Shown here piece after piece: positions 17,594 to 30,100 of a stretch of DNA of 64,000 bases. The translations under genes were made by a program, and so were the position numbers. Source of the stretch: a virus (Duplodnaviria; Caudoviricetes). Each line of letters begins with the position of its first letter. Position 1 is the stretch's first letter. The notes below the pieces were generated by a model, which saw nothing but the letters and a program-made list of their open reading frames with translations, searched no databases and had not been told where the DNA came from. The stretch is from the IMG/VR virus record IMGVR_UViG_3300027969_000040, one strand, 5' to 3'.

Positions 17594-20500
17594 ATGGCTA
17601 TTATATCTCGACAAACCGGACTGCTTGCAGCAGAAAACTGGAAAAAAATCTATCAAACCTTCCGCGAGGCTGATTTTACTACCTACGACTTTGAAACATT
17701 GCGTAAGAGTATGATTGATTATATCAAATTATACTATCCTGAAGACTTTAACGACTTTACAGAGAGCAGTGAATTTGTTGCATTAATTGATTTGCTAGCA
17801 TTTATGGGGCAAAATTTAGCGTTTAGGACTGATTTAAACGCTAGAGAGAATTTCATTGATACCGCCGAACGTAGAGATAGCGTATTAAAATTAGCAAAAT
17901 TAGTTAGCTACAATCCTAAAAGAAATGTGCCAGCTAGTGGATATTTGAAAATTGAAAGTGTAAGCACAACTGAACCTCTATTTGATAGCAATGCATTTGA
18001 TTTGAGTAATACTATTATTACATGGAATGATCCAGCAAACGACAATTGGCTAGAACAGTTTACTACTATTATAAATGCAGCATTGGTTGGTAGCCAAATC
18101 ATAGGAAAACCTGCCCATAGCCAGGTTATAAACGGAATTATAACTGACGAATACAGTATAAACAATATATCTACTGTAATTCCTATTTTTAGATTCGAAG
18201 CAACAATTGAAGAAACCACATCTTCCTTTGAAGTAGTGAGCGGAACCAGTGTAGGCAAAACGTATATATACGAATCGGCACCTGACTATCAAAAGGCATT
18301 TAATCTTCTATATAGAACTGACAATAACGGAAACTCAAGTAATAGTACAGGATTTTTCTTTTATTTCAAACAAGGTGAGATAGCTAGCTTTGACTTCAAC
18401 ATACCAGAAGCAGTTCCAAATAAAGTTGTTAACATCGACATTAACAATATTAATAATAATGATGTTTGGTTATATAAACTAAACAGCGACGGAACAACAC
18501 AATCATTGTGGTCACCTGTTCCTTCTACTACTGGTATTAATATTATATACAACAAAGTTAAGGATAGAAATCTATATCAAATTGGTACCAGAGCGTCAGA
18601 TCAAATTAACTTAACTTTCGGTGATGGGGCATTCTCAAATGTACCGCAAGGCGACTTCAGATTATACTACAGAACTAGCAATGGGTTGAATTATAAAATA
18701 ACACCCGACGAGATGCGATCAATTGCTATATCTATTAACTATGTTAGTAGAAAAAATAGGCCAGAAACAATTACTATCCGTGCTAGTTTAAAATACACAG
18801 TAGTAAATGCAGTACCAACTGAATCAACAGATGCAATAAAACAAAAAGCACCTCAGCAATATTATACGCAAAATCGTATGATAACTGGCGAAGATTATAA
18901 CATACTGCCTTACACATCTTTTAGCAATATTATTAAAGCTAAGTCTATTAATAGAACTAGCAGTGGGTTGAGCAGATATCTTGACATGTTGGATACTACA
19001 GGAAAGTATAGTAGCACCAATACATTTGGACAAGATGGAGCAATTTACACTGAAGAATATATACGCTCTTTTACATTTGGTTTTGTATCTGCAAATGATG
19101 TTCGTAAAGTTGTATATAATCAAATAATTAATACCATTATTCCTAATAGGGGTTCTTTACATTATTATTATAAGAATTTAACAGTTGTTAATTCATCAAA
19201 TAGTTTAACGCCGGCTACTGCATTAGTTACAGGTAAACGCTATATTATTAATAAAGTTGGTGTAACCGATTTTACTTTATTAGGAGCCAGTAGGAATGCT
19301 CCGGGTGTTAATTTTATAGCAACCGACCATGATACAAGAGATCCTAACTATTTTGCAACAACAGTCGGGCAAGCAACAGAAGCATCGGTATCTTGGCATT
19401 TAAGTACAGTAGGAAGTAATAGTTCAAATGGTTATTTTATTAACCCTTCGTTTACTCCGCTGTCGGTGAGAGCATTAGGGTCGGTGGCAAAATATTTAAA
19501 AGCAGGTGCCATTATAAGATTTGTTGCCCCAAATGGTAGTTTCTTCAATGCAGGAAACAATTTAATAACTGGTGCACCGGCTAGCCCCGAAGACAAACTT
19601 GAACTATATGCGGCTGTAGTTGATGTTGTTGGTGATGGCACAAATGATGGATTGGGTAATTTTACTAACGGATCGGGCCCGGTATCGTTAAACACTAAAG
19701 TACCCACAGGAGCTATAATTAAATATATTGTACCAGCTTACAAAAGTAATTTTGGAGCAGGATTCACAACAGCATTAGTTAATAATATAACATCTTATAA
19801 GAATTTTGCTATATATTATAATTCAACAATGCAGAATTGGCAATTAGCAAGCCCGACGGATATATCATTGAATAAATGGTCGCTTAAATTTGATTATAGT
19901 AACGATAATGGTACATATCTTGTTAGCTATAAAGGTATTAATTACGTTTTCTATAGTCCAATGGAGACAACATTTTATTATGATGAGGCATTAAAAGTTT
20001 ATGATAGTAAAACAGCAAGTATAATATACGATCATATAAAAATACTTGGAACCAATCCTGGACCAGATTCGCCGATGCCAATCGGGAAAACAGTTGTATG
20101 GGACGTTTTGGACAAAGTAACTAATTCAGATGGCACCACCGATAGTAGTAGAATATACATAACATATTCAGACACTGACAACGACGGTGTACCCGATGAT
20201 CCGGACATATTCAATTTAGTAGTTAACCCTAGTGTAAATACTTTAAGTAAATTAGTATTTTTTGAATTAACTACAAGTACAGGATACACAAAATATGTTA
20301 ATTTGGATATATTAGAACCCTCACAGGTTACTACTCAGTATGGAACACGAGATCAAATTGTTTCGGTTGCATCATCGTATACAGTAGGAGATTTATTTTA
20401 TGCCCCTGACGACGACGCATTTTATTCAATCTTGCACTCAAAGACTGAAAATGCTAATTATGTCAGTGAGCGTTTAACAAAATACAAATATTTTGTTGGC

Positions 20501-21139
20501 AGGCAAAATTTAAATTATCAATATAGACACAATTCACCTAATACACGTAGAATTGATCCTAGTGTTAGCAATATTATTGATATATATCTATTAACAGCTT
20601 CGTATGATGCTGATTATAGAGCATGGATTAATGATACGTCGGGCTCAATTGCTCAACCATCCCCGCCGACTAGTACAGAATTGTCTCTCTCGTACTCGGG
20701 ATTAAATGAAATTAAATCAATTAGTGATACTGTTGTATTTCAAAATGCAATATACAAACCTATTTTTGGATTTAAAGCCATTAATAATCTACAGGCAATA
20801 TTTAAAGTTGTAAAAAATCCAAATTTAAATGTAAGCGATGCAGATATTAAAGTATCTGTCATTAATTCTATAAATGATTATTTTGCTGTTGAGAATTGGG
20901 ATTTTGGCGAAACATTTTATTTCAGCGAATTGTCTGCATATCTACATCACATTTTAAGCCCTAACATTGCTAGCATCATTATACTACCAAGAGATAGTAC
21001 AATTAAATTTGGTACTCTTTATCAAATTAATGCAGAGCCAAATGAGATCATTATTAGTTCCGCAACAGTTGAAAATGTTGAAATTATAAGCGCGGTTACT
21101 GCTATGCAATTAAATCAAGGCGTATCCTTGACTTATTAA
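17594..21139 (+). CDS. Baseplate wedge gp6-like
   Basis: DFETLRKSMIDY...FNDF.ESS...LIDLLA...ENFIDTAERRDSVLKLAKLVSYNP; FGDG; APQQYYTQNRMITGEDY. Confidence 0.9.
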   Translation: MAIISRQTGLLAAENWKKIYQTFREADFTTYDFETLRKSMIDYIKLYYPEDFNDFTESSEFVALIDLLAFMGQNLAFRTDLNARENFIDTAERRDSVLKLAKLVSYNPKRNVPASGYLKIESVSTTEPLFDSNAFDLSNTIITWNDPANDNWLEQFTTIINAALVGSQIIGKPAHSQVINGIITDEYSINNISTVIPIFRFEATIEETTSSFEVVSGTSVGKTYIYESAPDYQKAFNLLYRTDNNGNSSNSTGFFFYFKQGEIASFDFNIPEAVPNKVVNIDINNINNNDVWLYKLNSDGTTQSLWSPVPSTTGINIIYNKVKDRNLYQIGTRASDQINLTFGDGAFSNVPQGDFRLYYRTSNGLNYKITPDEMRSIAISINYVSRKNRPETITIRASLKYTVVNAVPTESTDAIKQKAPQQYYTQNRMITGEDYNILPYTSFSNIIKAKSINRTSSGLSRYLDMLDTTGKYSSTNTFGQDGAIYTEEYIRSFTFGFVSANDVRKVVYNQIINTIIPNRGSLHYYYKNLTVVNSSNSLTPATALVTGKRYIINKVGVTDFTLLGASRNAPGVNFIATDHDTRDPNYFATTVGQATEASVSWHLSTVGSNSSNGYFINPSFTPLSVRALGSVAKYLKAGAIIRFVAPNGSFFNAGNNLITGAPASPEDKLELYAAVVDVVGDGTNDGLGNFTNGSGPVSLNTKVPTGAIIKYIVPAYKSNFGAGFTTALVNNITSYKNFAIYYNSTMQNWQLASPTDISLNKWSLKFDYSNDNGTYLVSYKGINYVFYSPMETTFYYDEALKVYDSKTASIIYDHIKILGTNPGPDSPMPIGKTVVWDVLDKVTNSDGTTDSSRIYITYSDTDNDGVPDDPDIFNLVVNPSVNTLSKLVFFELTTSTGYTKYVNLDILEPSQVTTQYGTRDQIVSVASSYTVGDLFYAPDDDAFYSILHSKTENANYVSERLTKYKYFVGRQNLNYQYRHNSPNTRRIDPSVSNIIDIYLLTASYDADYRAWINDTSGSIAQPSPPTSTELSLSYSGLNEIKSISDTVVFQNAIYKPIFGFKAINNLQAIFKVVKNPNLNVSDADIKVSVINSINDYFAVENWDFGETFYFSELSAYLHHILSPNIASIIILPRDSTIKFGTLYQINAEPNEIIISSATVENVEIISAVTAMQLNQGVSLTY

Positions 21140-21159
21140 AATATTACAATAGGTAAACA

Positions 21160-24100
21160 ATGGCAACCAGAAAGACACTAAATCTTCTTCCAAGTATATT
21201 TCGGTCTGACACCAATAAGAAATTTCTTGGTGCGACACTGGACCAATTGGTCAGCGAACCAGAAATATCTAAGTTCAATGGTTTTATAGGAAGAAAGTTT
21301 TCACCAGTTAATAAGCCCAGCGATAACTTTATCAACGAGCCCACAGTTAGCAGAGAAAACTATCAATTTGAACCAGCTGTTGTTATTAAAAATACCAGCG
21401 ACGGTGTTGATTTATATGCAGATTACCAAGACTTATTAGAAAAAATCGAAACTCATGGTGGTATAATAGAAAATCATAATAGATTGTTTGAATCAGAATA
21501 TTATAGTTTCAATCCTAGAATTGACATGGATAAATTTATTAACTATACTAGGTATTTCTGGTTGCCAACAGGAACCGATCCGGTTACTGTATCTGCTGGC
21601 ACACCCGGTGATGACAGAACATTTGTAATTAATAGAAATGATGAAGGTGGGTATTCTACTATAAATCAAGATAATACACCAAATCCAACTATAACATTAG
21701 TGCGTGGCGGAGTATATAAATTTAATGTTAATCAGGTTGGGTCTAATTTTTGGATACAAACCGAAGTTGGCACAGACGGCTTTAAAGATTTTAATCAAAC
21801 TATTTCCACTAGAAACATCATTGGCGTTACTAACAACGGTACCAATTCTGGTACCATTACTTTTACAGTGCCCGAAAGGGATTCGCAAGACTATTATTTT
21901 AAAATGCCATTATTGGGATTTATAGATTATGCCATTGGCGATCCTTTCTCTACAATCGATGGACAATTCTGGGTAAATGGAAACAATGCACTAAGTCAAA
22001 TTGAAGGATCGCCAGCGTATCCACAAGAATACTATGTTGTTTTTACATCAACAAGTACAAACCCCGACGACTGGATTGATTACACAGGTAATATTGTACC
22101 AATAGATAAAAGACATGGTCTTTGGCAAATTACTATTAATCAAAATTCTAAAATACAAATGGTGTTTATTAGATCAATCCCATTGAGTTATAAAATTAGA
22201 ATTAATTATGGAACAAATGCCGGCAAAGAATTTTTTAAAAATTCAGAAGATAATTTAGTTCTATCTCCCCCAATTACTGCACCACTGTCAACATTATTTT
22301 ATCAAGACGAACTTAACGAATCTATAATAGGAAGAATTAATATTGTTGATTTCCCAGGTGACGGTATTAATGTTACTACAGACATCTTGGGTAAAAAAAC
22401 ATATACCAGTCCCAATGGGGTGGTATTTACTAATGGCCTAACAGTTGTTTTTGATAGCAGTGTGTTTCCTAATTCATATCGTAATATTAAATATATCATC
22501 GAAGGAGTCGGAAAGTCAATTAAATTAATAGATATAGCTCTATTAGAATCAGTTGAAAGCGTTGATACAACATCCATGGTACCGTTTGACAACGAACCAT
22601 TTGATACAGTTGGGTTGGATCAACCGATACCGATTAGTGTGGCTATACGCGATTACATTTTAATGAATAGATCCACTACAGATTTAAATGCGTGGGCTCG
22701 GGGTAATAGGTGGTTTCATGAAGATGCAATTGCAAAAGCAGCTGAATATAATAAAAAAACATTAAAAATTGATCCAAACAAAAGAGCCAATAGACCAATC
22801 ATTGAATTTGAAGAAGATTTACAATTATTTAATAGTGGCAAAAATTTACTTGCTATAATAGATAGAGCTGATACTAATTTTATAGGTACTGGCGAAAAAA
22901 TATTAAGTGCATACGCCGATGTTAATGACAAATACGTCAATGACCCATCTATTAAACGTCTGAACTACATAGAAGGTCAAGTGGTTATTTTTCCTAACGA
23001 TATTAGTAGTAACGTTAGAAATGCATTATTCAGAATTGAATTTAAATCTCAAAATACTGCAACATCATTTAATGGAACAGGAACAGGATATGTTGTTATT
23101 CGAGCCGGCACAACTCGAGTATATGAAAAAATAATAGACGGTAATAGAACAACATTTAGAGATCAGTACATACCGGGTACATTATTATATACAATAGATA
23201 ATACGTACATTGGGAAAATAAAATCAATTTTTAGTAATAATGAAATGATTTTAGAATCACCTGCCATGGCATCTTACACTGAGATAGTGGTAAAATTTAA
23301 TTATCCTAAGATCGTATTGCGTAAAATAAAAACAGCAGTAAATAATGATTCGGTGGTTATTAGGACAGGACTTAACGAAAAAAATACATTTTGGTTAAAT
23401 GCGGGTGTATGGGTATATGGTCAGTTAAAAACAGGTCTGCATACTCCTATTAAATTTGATGTAGTTGATAGCGATGGTATTAGTTTAGCTAGCCCATCAA
23501 AATATACTGAAAGTAAATTTGCCGGAACGACTATATTTTCTTATGACATAGGAACTAGTAGTACAATAGATCCTATACTTGGTTTTAAATTACGTTATAC
23601 TGGAGTGGGCAATTCAATATCAGATATTAATTTTGTAAACTCTTTTGAGACTGATACATTTACATATAAACCATATGATTATAAAACATTAAATATTTCT
23701 TCAATTGGATATTTAAGCAAACGTACCGGAAGAAATACTTATAGCTTGCTAACTGTTTGGCAATCAATATCAGAGCCTACAAAACAATACCAACATATAT
23801 CGGAAACGTCGGACGGTTTGACTAATTATTTTGAAATTGATGTATTACCTGACGTGGCGGTAATACAACCAAACATAAAAGTTTTTGTTAATAATACATT
23901 AATTAAAAATAACGAGTTTGTTGTTGAAACTGTAGGAGTTAGACATGCCGCTAATATATTAACTACAGTTCTTGCTGATGATAAAATTGATATATTAGTT
24001 TATAGTAAAAACTCAATTAGTGATCTTGGGTATTATCAAATTCCAAGCAACTTAGAATTTAATGCACAAAACTATTCAATAACGAATATTACACTAGGAC

Positions 24101-27100
24101 AATTCAGAGGACACTGGGATGCCATTGGAAAAAATACCATTGGATTAATTGGAAATCCTATATCATCAAATAATTTACGCGATCTAAATACCAATGCGCA
24201 ACCTGGTTTAATTTTACAACATTCTTCTCCTTTAATTTATGCATCGTTATTTTTAATTGACCCATACCTTAATTTTATCAATAGTATTGAACTTGCACGT
24301 AGTGAATATTCAAAATTTAAAAATAAGTTTTTGGAACTATGTGTAAACACTCCCAACCTTCCGCGTAACAACACACCTGCCGGGGTTGATGCTATTTTAA
24401 AAATTATTAACGGAGTAAAAAATCAAACATTCCCCTGGCATTATTCAGACATGATTCCCTGGGGAACCGATGTTGTAGTTGACACATATAAAATAATTAA
24501 TACACAAACTAGAATATATACATTGAATAACATATATCTATCGTCCATAGGCGATAGAATGTATCCAAAAAATGGACCATCAAATTGTGCCGTTCTTGTT
24601 TATATTAATAATAGATTGTTAACTATTGATGTCGAATATACTATTACCAATGGTAATCCTTATATTAATTTTACCGATGCTGTAACATTGCACGAAGATG
24701 ATTTGCTTGTAATAAAAGGTTACAAAAATACTGATGGTAGTTACATACCCGAAACTCCTACTAAAATGGGAATGTATCCAAAATTTGTTCCGGGTAAATT
24801 TTTAGATTCGTCATTCAGAACACCTATAAATGTAATACAAGGACACGACGGAAGTAGAATTCCAATATTCAATGACTTAAGAGATGACTATCTATTAGAA
24901 CTTGAAAAAAGAATATTTAATAACATTAAAGTAGAATACAATCCCGAATTGTTTGACGTATTTGCATTTGTACCCGGCAAGTTTAGAAACAATGATTACA
25001 CCAGGCTTGAATTTAATGAAGTATTAAACTCTGACTTTTTAAAGTGGATAGGAACCAATCAATTGGACATTGGCAGTAATGAATATTTCTTATCCAATAA
25101 CGAATTTAGTTGGAACTATAATCAGACTACTGATTCGGTCAATGACGAAAAGCTGCCCGGTTATTGGAAAGGCGTGTATCAGTATTATTACGATACATGT
25201 CGCCCACATACGCATCCGTGGGAAATGTTAGGAATACAAAGTAAACCAATTTGGTGGGAAACTACATACGGTGCTGCCCCATATACAAACACTAATACTC
25301 AAATGTGGACCGATTTAACATACGGATATAATCGCGGGGATCGTATTACTAATACAAAATATGCAAGACCGGGATTGATGAAAATTATTCCAGTTAGTGC
25401 CACTGGTGAATTATTATCACCATTGACTAGTTTAGTAAAAAAATATAACGGGACTACTTTCAATCAGAGTTACGCAATAGGGGACCAAGGGCCGGTTGAG
25501 TCTGCTTGGAGAAATACCAGCGAATATGTGTTTTCATTACACCGGGCAATAGCATTGCTAAAACCTGCTAAGTATTTTGGATTATTTTTTAATACATCAT
25601 CTTACATTAAAGATTCGGCAATAAATCAGTTTGTGTTGAAAAGTAACAAAAAAAGAATAACTCCGGATTCGTTATTAATTAACGGAGAAATGGTAGCAGA
25701 TACAATAACTAGATCTTCAAGTTATGTAAATTGGATCCACGGATACTTAACCAATTTGGGAATTAATGCAGCACAAAAAATAAGAACTACAATTAATAAT
25801 CTAGATATCAGATTGGGGTATAGGATGTCGGGCTACAGTGACAAATCTTATTTTACTGCTCTAGTAGAACAATATAGCCCTACTAGTGTAAATCAATCTG
25901 CTATTATACCACCTGAAAATTATATTGTACATTTAAATAAAAGTTCTCCTATACGTACTGCAACCTATAGTGGTGTTATTATTTCCAAAACCACGGGCGG
26001 TTACGTTATCAATGGATACAATTTAAAAGTTCCTTATTTTACAGTTATACCTAGTTTAATAAATGGTAATTTTTATAAAATTGAAGTAGTTAATGTAAGT
26101 GCAGTTATATATAAAGATTACGTCGATGAAAAAGTAAACGTGCCGTATGGATTTGAATTTGGTTCGTCGCAGGAATTAGTTGACTTTTTAATCGGGTATG
26201 AACGATTCTTAATGTCTCAGGGTTTTATATTTGAAGGTTACGATTCGGATCTTGGCGAAGTAAAAAGTTGGGCATTGAGTGCGAAAGAATTTTTAGGGTG
26301 GACTTTACAAGGTTGGACAGAAGGCAATGTATTAGTACTAAGCCCTGTGCATTATACACTACAATTATTTTCAACTGACTCAGTTGTAGACACTGTGATT
26401 GGACAAACCTCTAATACTCAAGTATTAGGACCAAATTTTAATGTCATTAAAGCTGATGAAATTACCGTATTAAAAGAACCGGGGCGCACAACCGTTACTA
26501 TAATTTCTGGACAAACTATTGCATATATGGAACTACATTTAGTTCAATATGAACATGTATTAATATTTGACAATTCGACTGTGTTTGCTGATATTATATA
26601 TAAACCAGAATTAGGCAGTCGACAGTACAGATTAAAATTAATTGGAGCCAAAACAACCAATTGGGACGGATCATTAAACATACCCGGATTTATTTATAAC
26701 ACTGGAAAAATTGAACAATGGACCCCTGGCAGAGATTATAAAAAAGCAGATATCATTCAATATAAAAAACAAAACTATACAGCTATTGCAAATATTTCTG
26801 GCGCAGATACGTTTAATCATGATGTATGGAGTATAACCGATCGTAGTATTGTAGCAGGACTAGTACCAAACTTTTCTCAAAATGCAGCTAAGTTTGATAC
26901 AATATATAGTTTAGACACTCCAAATATAAACAGTTATTTTGCTGGGTTCAGCAATGGATTAACCGGATATAGAAGTAGGCAGTATCTTGAAGATTTGGGA
27001 ATGGACCAAATTGCTCAATCTAAATTTTATCAAGGTTACATAAAAGATAAGGGTACATTCAATTCAATATCGGCATTATTTAAAGCTCAACTTGATAATA

Positions 27101-30100
27101 CAATAAACAATGTAGAGATATTTGAAGAATGGGGACTAAGAGTAGGCGAGTACGGAGCAAATAAAACAAATCAATCAATTGAATTAATTTTATACGAACA
27201 GGCGTTTCGCGATAGTCCAGCAGTGTTTACAGTAATCAATGGAACAGAAATTCCGCCACCACGTGTAAAATTCTTTCGACCAAATGCTTTACTAAGCAGA
27301 GGTATAGATTTTAAATTACCGTTATTCTCAAATCGACCAATGAATGAATATTTTGAGACTGATATAAAGACCGCAGGATATATTAGCATCGACGATATAG
27401 ATAGCATGATGTTTGATTTTAATGATTATAAAGATTTAAATTTAACAATATTAGCCGATCTAATAAATGGATATAAACTTTGGGTTGCTAAAGATTTTAA
27501 TAAAGATTGGCAAGTTTACAAAGTAGTAGAAGTAGATAACCTGGTACTTGGCATTAGTTATGGATTAGACAATAAGGCTGTTTTTACTACTTTGTATGAT
27601 CATGGCTTACAGATTGCTGATATGATAGCTGTCAGAGATTTAAATTCTACATATGATGGTTTTTATCAAGTATTAAATGTTGAAGAACCAAATACTTTTG
27701 TTTGTATTATACCCGACGAATTGGTATCAGCAATACAATCTGTACCAGCATACGGAGCTGGAACTTTATTTTTATTACAAAAATCAAGATACAAAACAAC
27801 AGAACTCAGAGAATCTAAAGTTACAAAAAGTATTTGGGAAGCTGGGGATTTAGTATGGATAGATGAAGACAATGGGCCAAGTTGGGCTGCATATACATTC
27901 GTACGCAGCGACCCGGGCAATTTTAGCGGAACTTATAATTTTTGGGGAATTGATAAAGGCTCTATAATATTCAGATCATCTGGATTACCATACCATAAAT
28001 TTGGAAATATACAACTTGACGTAACAGCAGTCAAACAAAATTATAATCGAGTATGGCCTATTTACGCCGGCGTAAATATACCAGCAACATTTGTAATTGA
28101 TACCGGAAGCGGAATAATTGGGTTTTGTTTAAATGGTGTACCAATTTACGGTAGTATCGAAGCTGACTTTACAGCACCTCCTGGTTATAACACTCCCGGA
28201 GGCTTTAATTATAACTTGTCGTACTCGGATTACGATTCCTTCATGATAGATGCCGCTGGCGGCACTACAACATTAAATGGCGAGTATTTTTATAGAAGCT
28301 TTACTTTTGCTCAGGCCTGGAATACAGGAATTGGTGGCAACGACACCAGAGTAGATGTAGAGTATAAGTCGGAGATTTTGTCTATTGCATATCTAGGTGG
28401 AGGCCTGACGCATCCCAATGGGCATAGTAAGATACTAGGATTTGCAATTGATGGCTATCCAATTTACGGGCCATATGGTCACTCAAACCCAAGTAACATT
28501 CGTACACCAATTATACGAATGACCAGTGGATATGTTCTTAAAGACCCTGCGTACAGAGCACCAACTGAGGCATGTGATTTAAATATGTATCCAATGGGTA
28601 TGTTTGCACAAGATTATGAATTTACTCAAGATGGTACATTAGACGAGCACAATGGAAGATATTGTATTACTCCTGACTACCCCAATGGTACATATGCATA
28701 TTTTGCCACAGTTAATAATTCTGGGCCTACATATCCATATTTCATTGGTCCTACTTTTTATGGTGATGTTTCCTCAGTAGGAAATTCTCTTATACCCGGA
28801 CCGGGCGTTAAACCAATTATATTTGACGATCAGATCAACACCGTTTGGAATTTATATAAAAGACAAGAGCCTTCGGTTGATTTTAATAGCATGCGTGGCA
28901 TGCATTTGGTAGACACTGTTAATAAAAATATTCTTGTTAAATTAGATATAATTGATCCAGCTAAAGGAAGAGTGCTTGGAATAGCGCAAGCCGATATAGA
29001 TTTCATTACATCACTTGATCCTGCATTTTATAATAACGGCACAGATGATTTCTTAGCTATTGATAGTGAATTCAATTGGGGTGAGCAACAAATAGGATCA
29101 GTCTGGTGGGATTTAGAAGCGGTTAGATATTACGACTACGAGCAAGGTCCAATTGAATATAGAGCAGAAAATTGGGGTAAAACATTTACCGGAAGTAACA
29201 TTTTTATTTACGAATGGGTATCAAGTGATGTATTGCCATCTATGTATGTTTCCAGTGGATTAGATGGTATTCCAAAATATGCCGACGATTCTGGATATTC
29301 TACATTATATTATGTTGACGACATTACAATGACAGTTAAGACCAAATACTATTATTGGGTCAGAGCTAAAACTAGTATAGGAAAAAATTCAAAATTACAT
29401 AGTGTACTTTCATTGGAACAAATAATTGCAGATCCCGGAAAACAAAGCATACCATATGCAGCATTACTTGACAATAAAACAATTGCATTATTTAATATTG
29501 GAAAATATCTATTAGAAGATAGAATAGCATTACATATCGACTATTCATTGTCTAGGAATGAAAATATTTTACATAGTGAATTTGAATTATTTCAACAGGG
29601 TAATAAACATGCAATAATGAACCCTCGTATTGAGAAAAAAATAATTGATAGTTTAGTCGGTGTAGATGAAAATAGAAATTTAGTACCAGACCCTAGTTTA
29701 TTACCTGCAGACCGACTTGGGGTTTCTAATAGACCAATACAATCAGTGATAGCTAATAGACTAGTGGCTCTTGAAAATATAATTGGATTCATTAATCAAA
29801 TCTTATTAAAATATCCAGTTGCATCACGATTAATTGATAAAGAAACAGTACACTCTGACAATTTTTATGCGTCAGAACCATACCCTGCCGAGACCGAATA
29901 CGATTCTATTGTTGATAGATTTATTGAATTAGATTACTTATTTGAGATATACCCGACAGATTTAGTAATAGGTAAAGAATATATCATTGCACAAGTTTCT
30001 AATACTAATTTTGTTGCATTAGGTGCCAGTGCAAATGAAATTGGTATTAGATTTAAAGCAACCGGAACCGGAACCGGTCTTGGTACTGCATTTTATAGTC

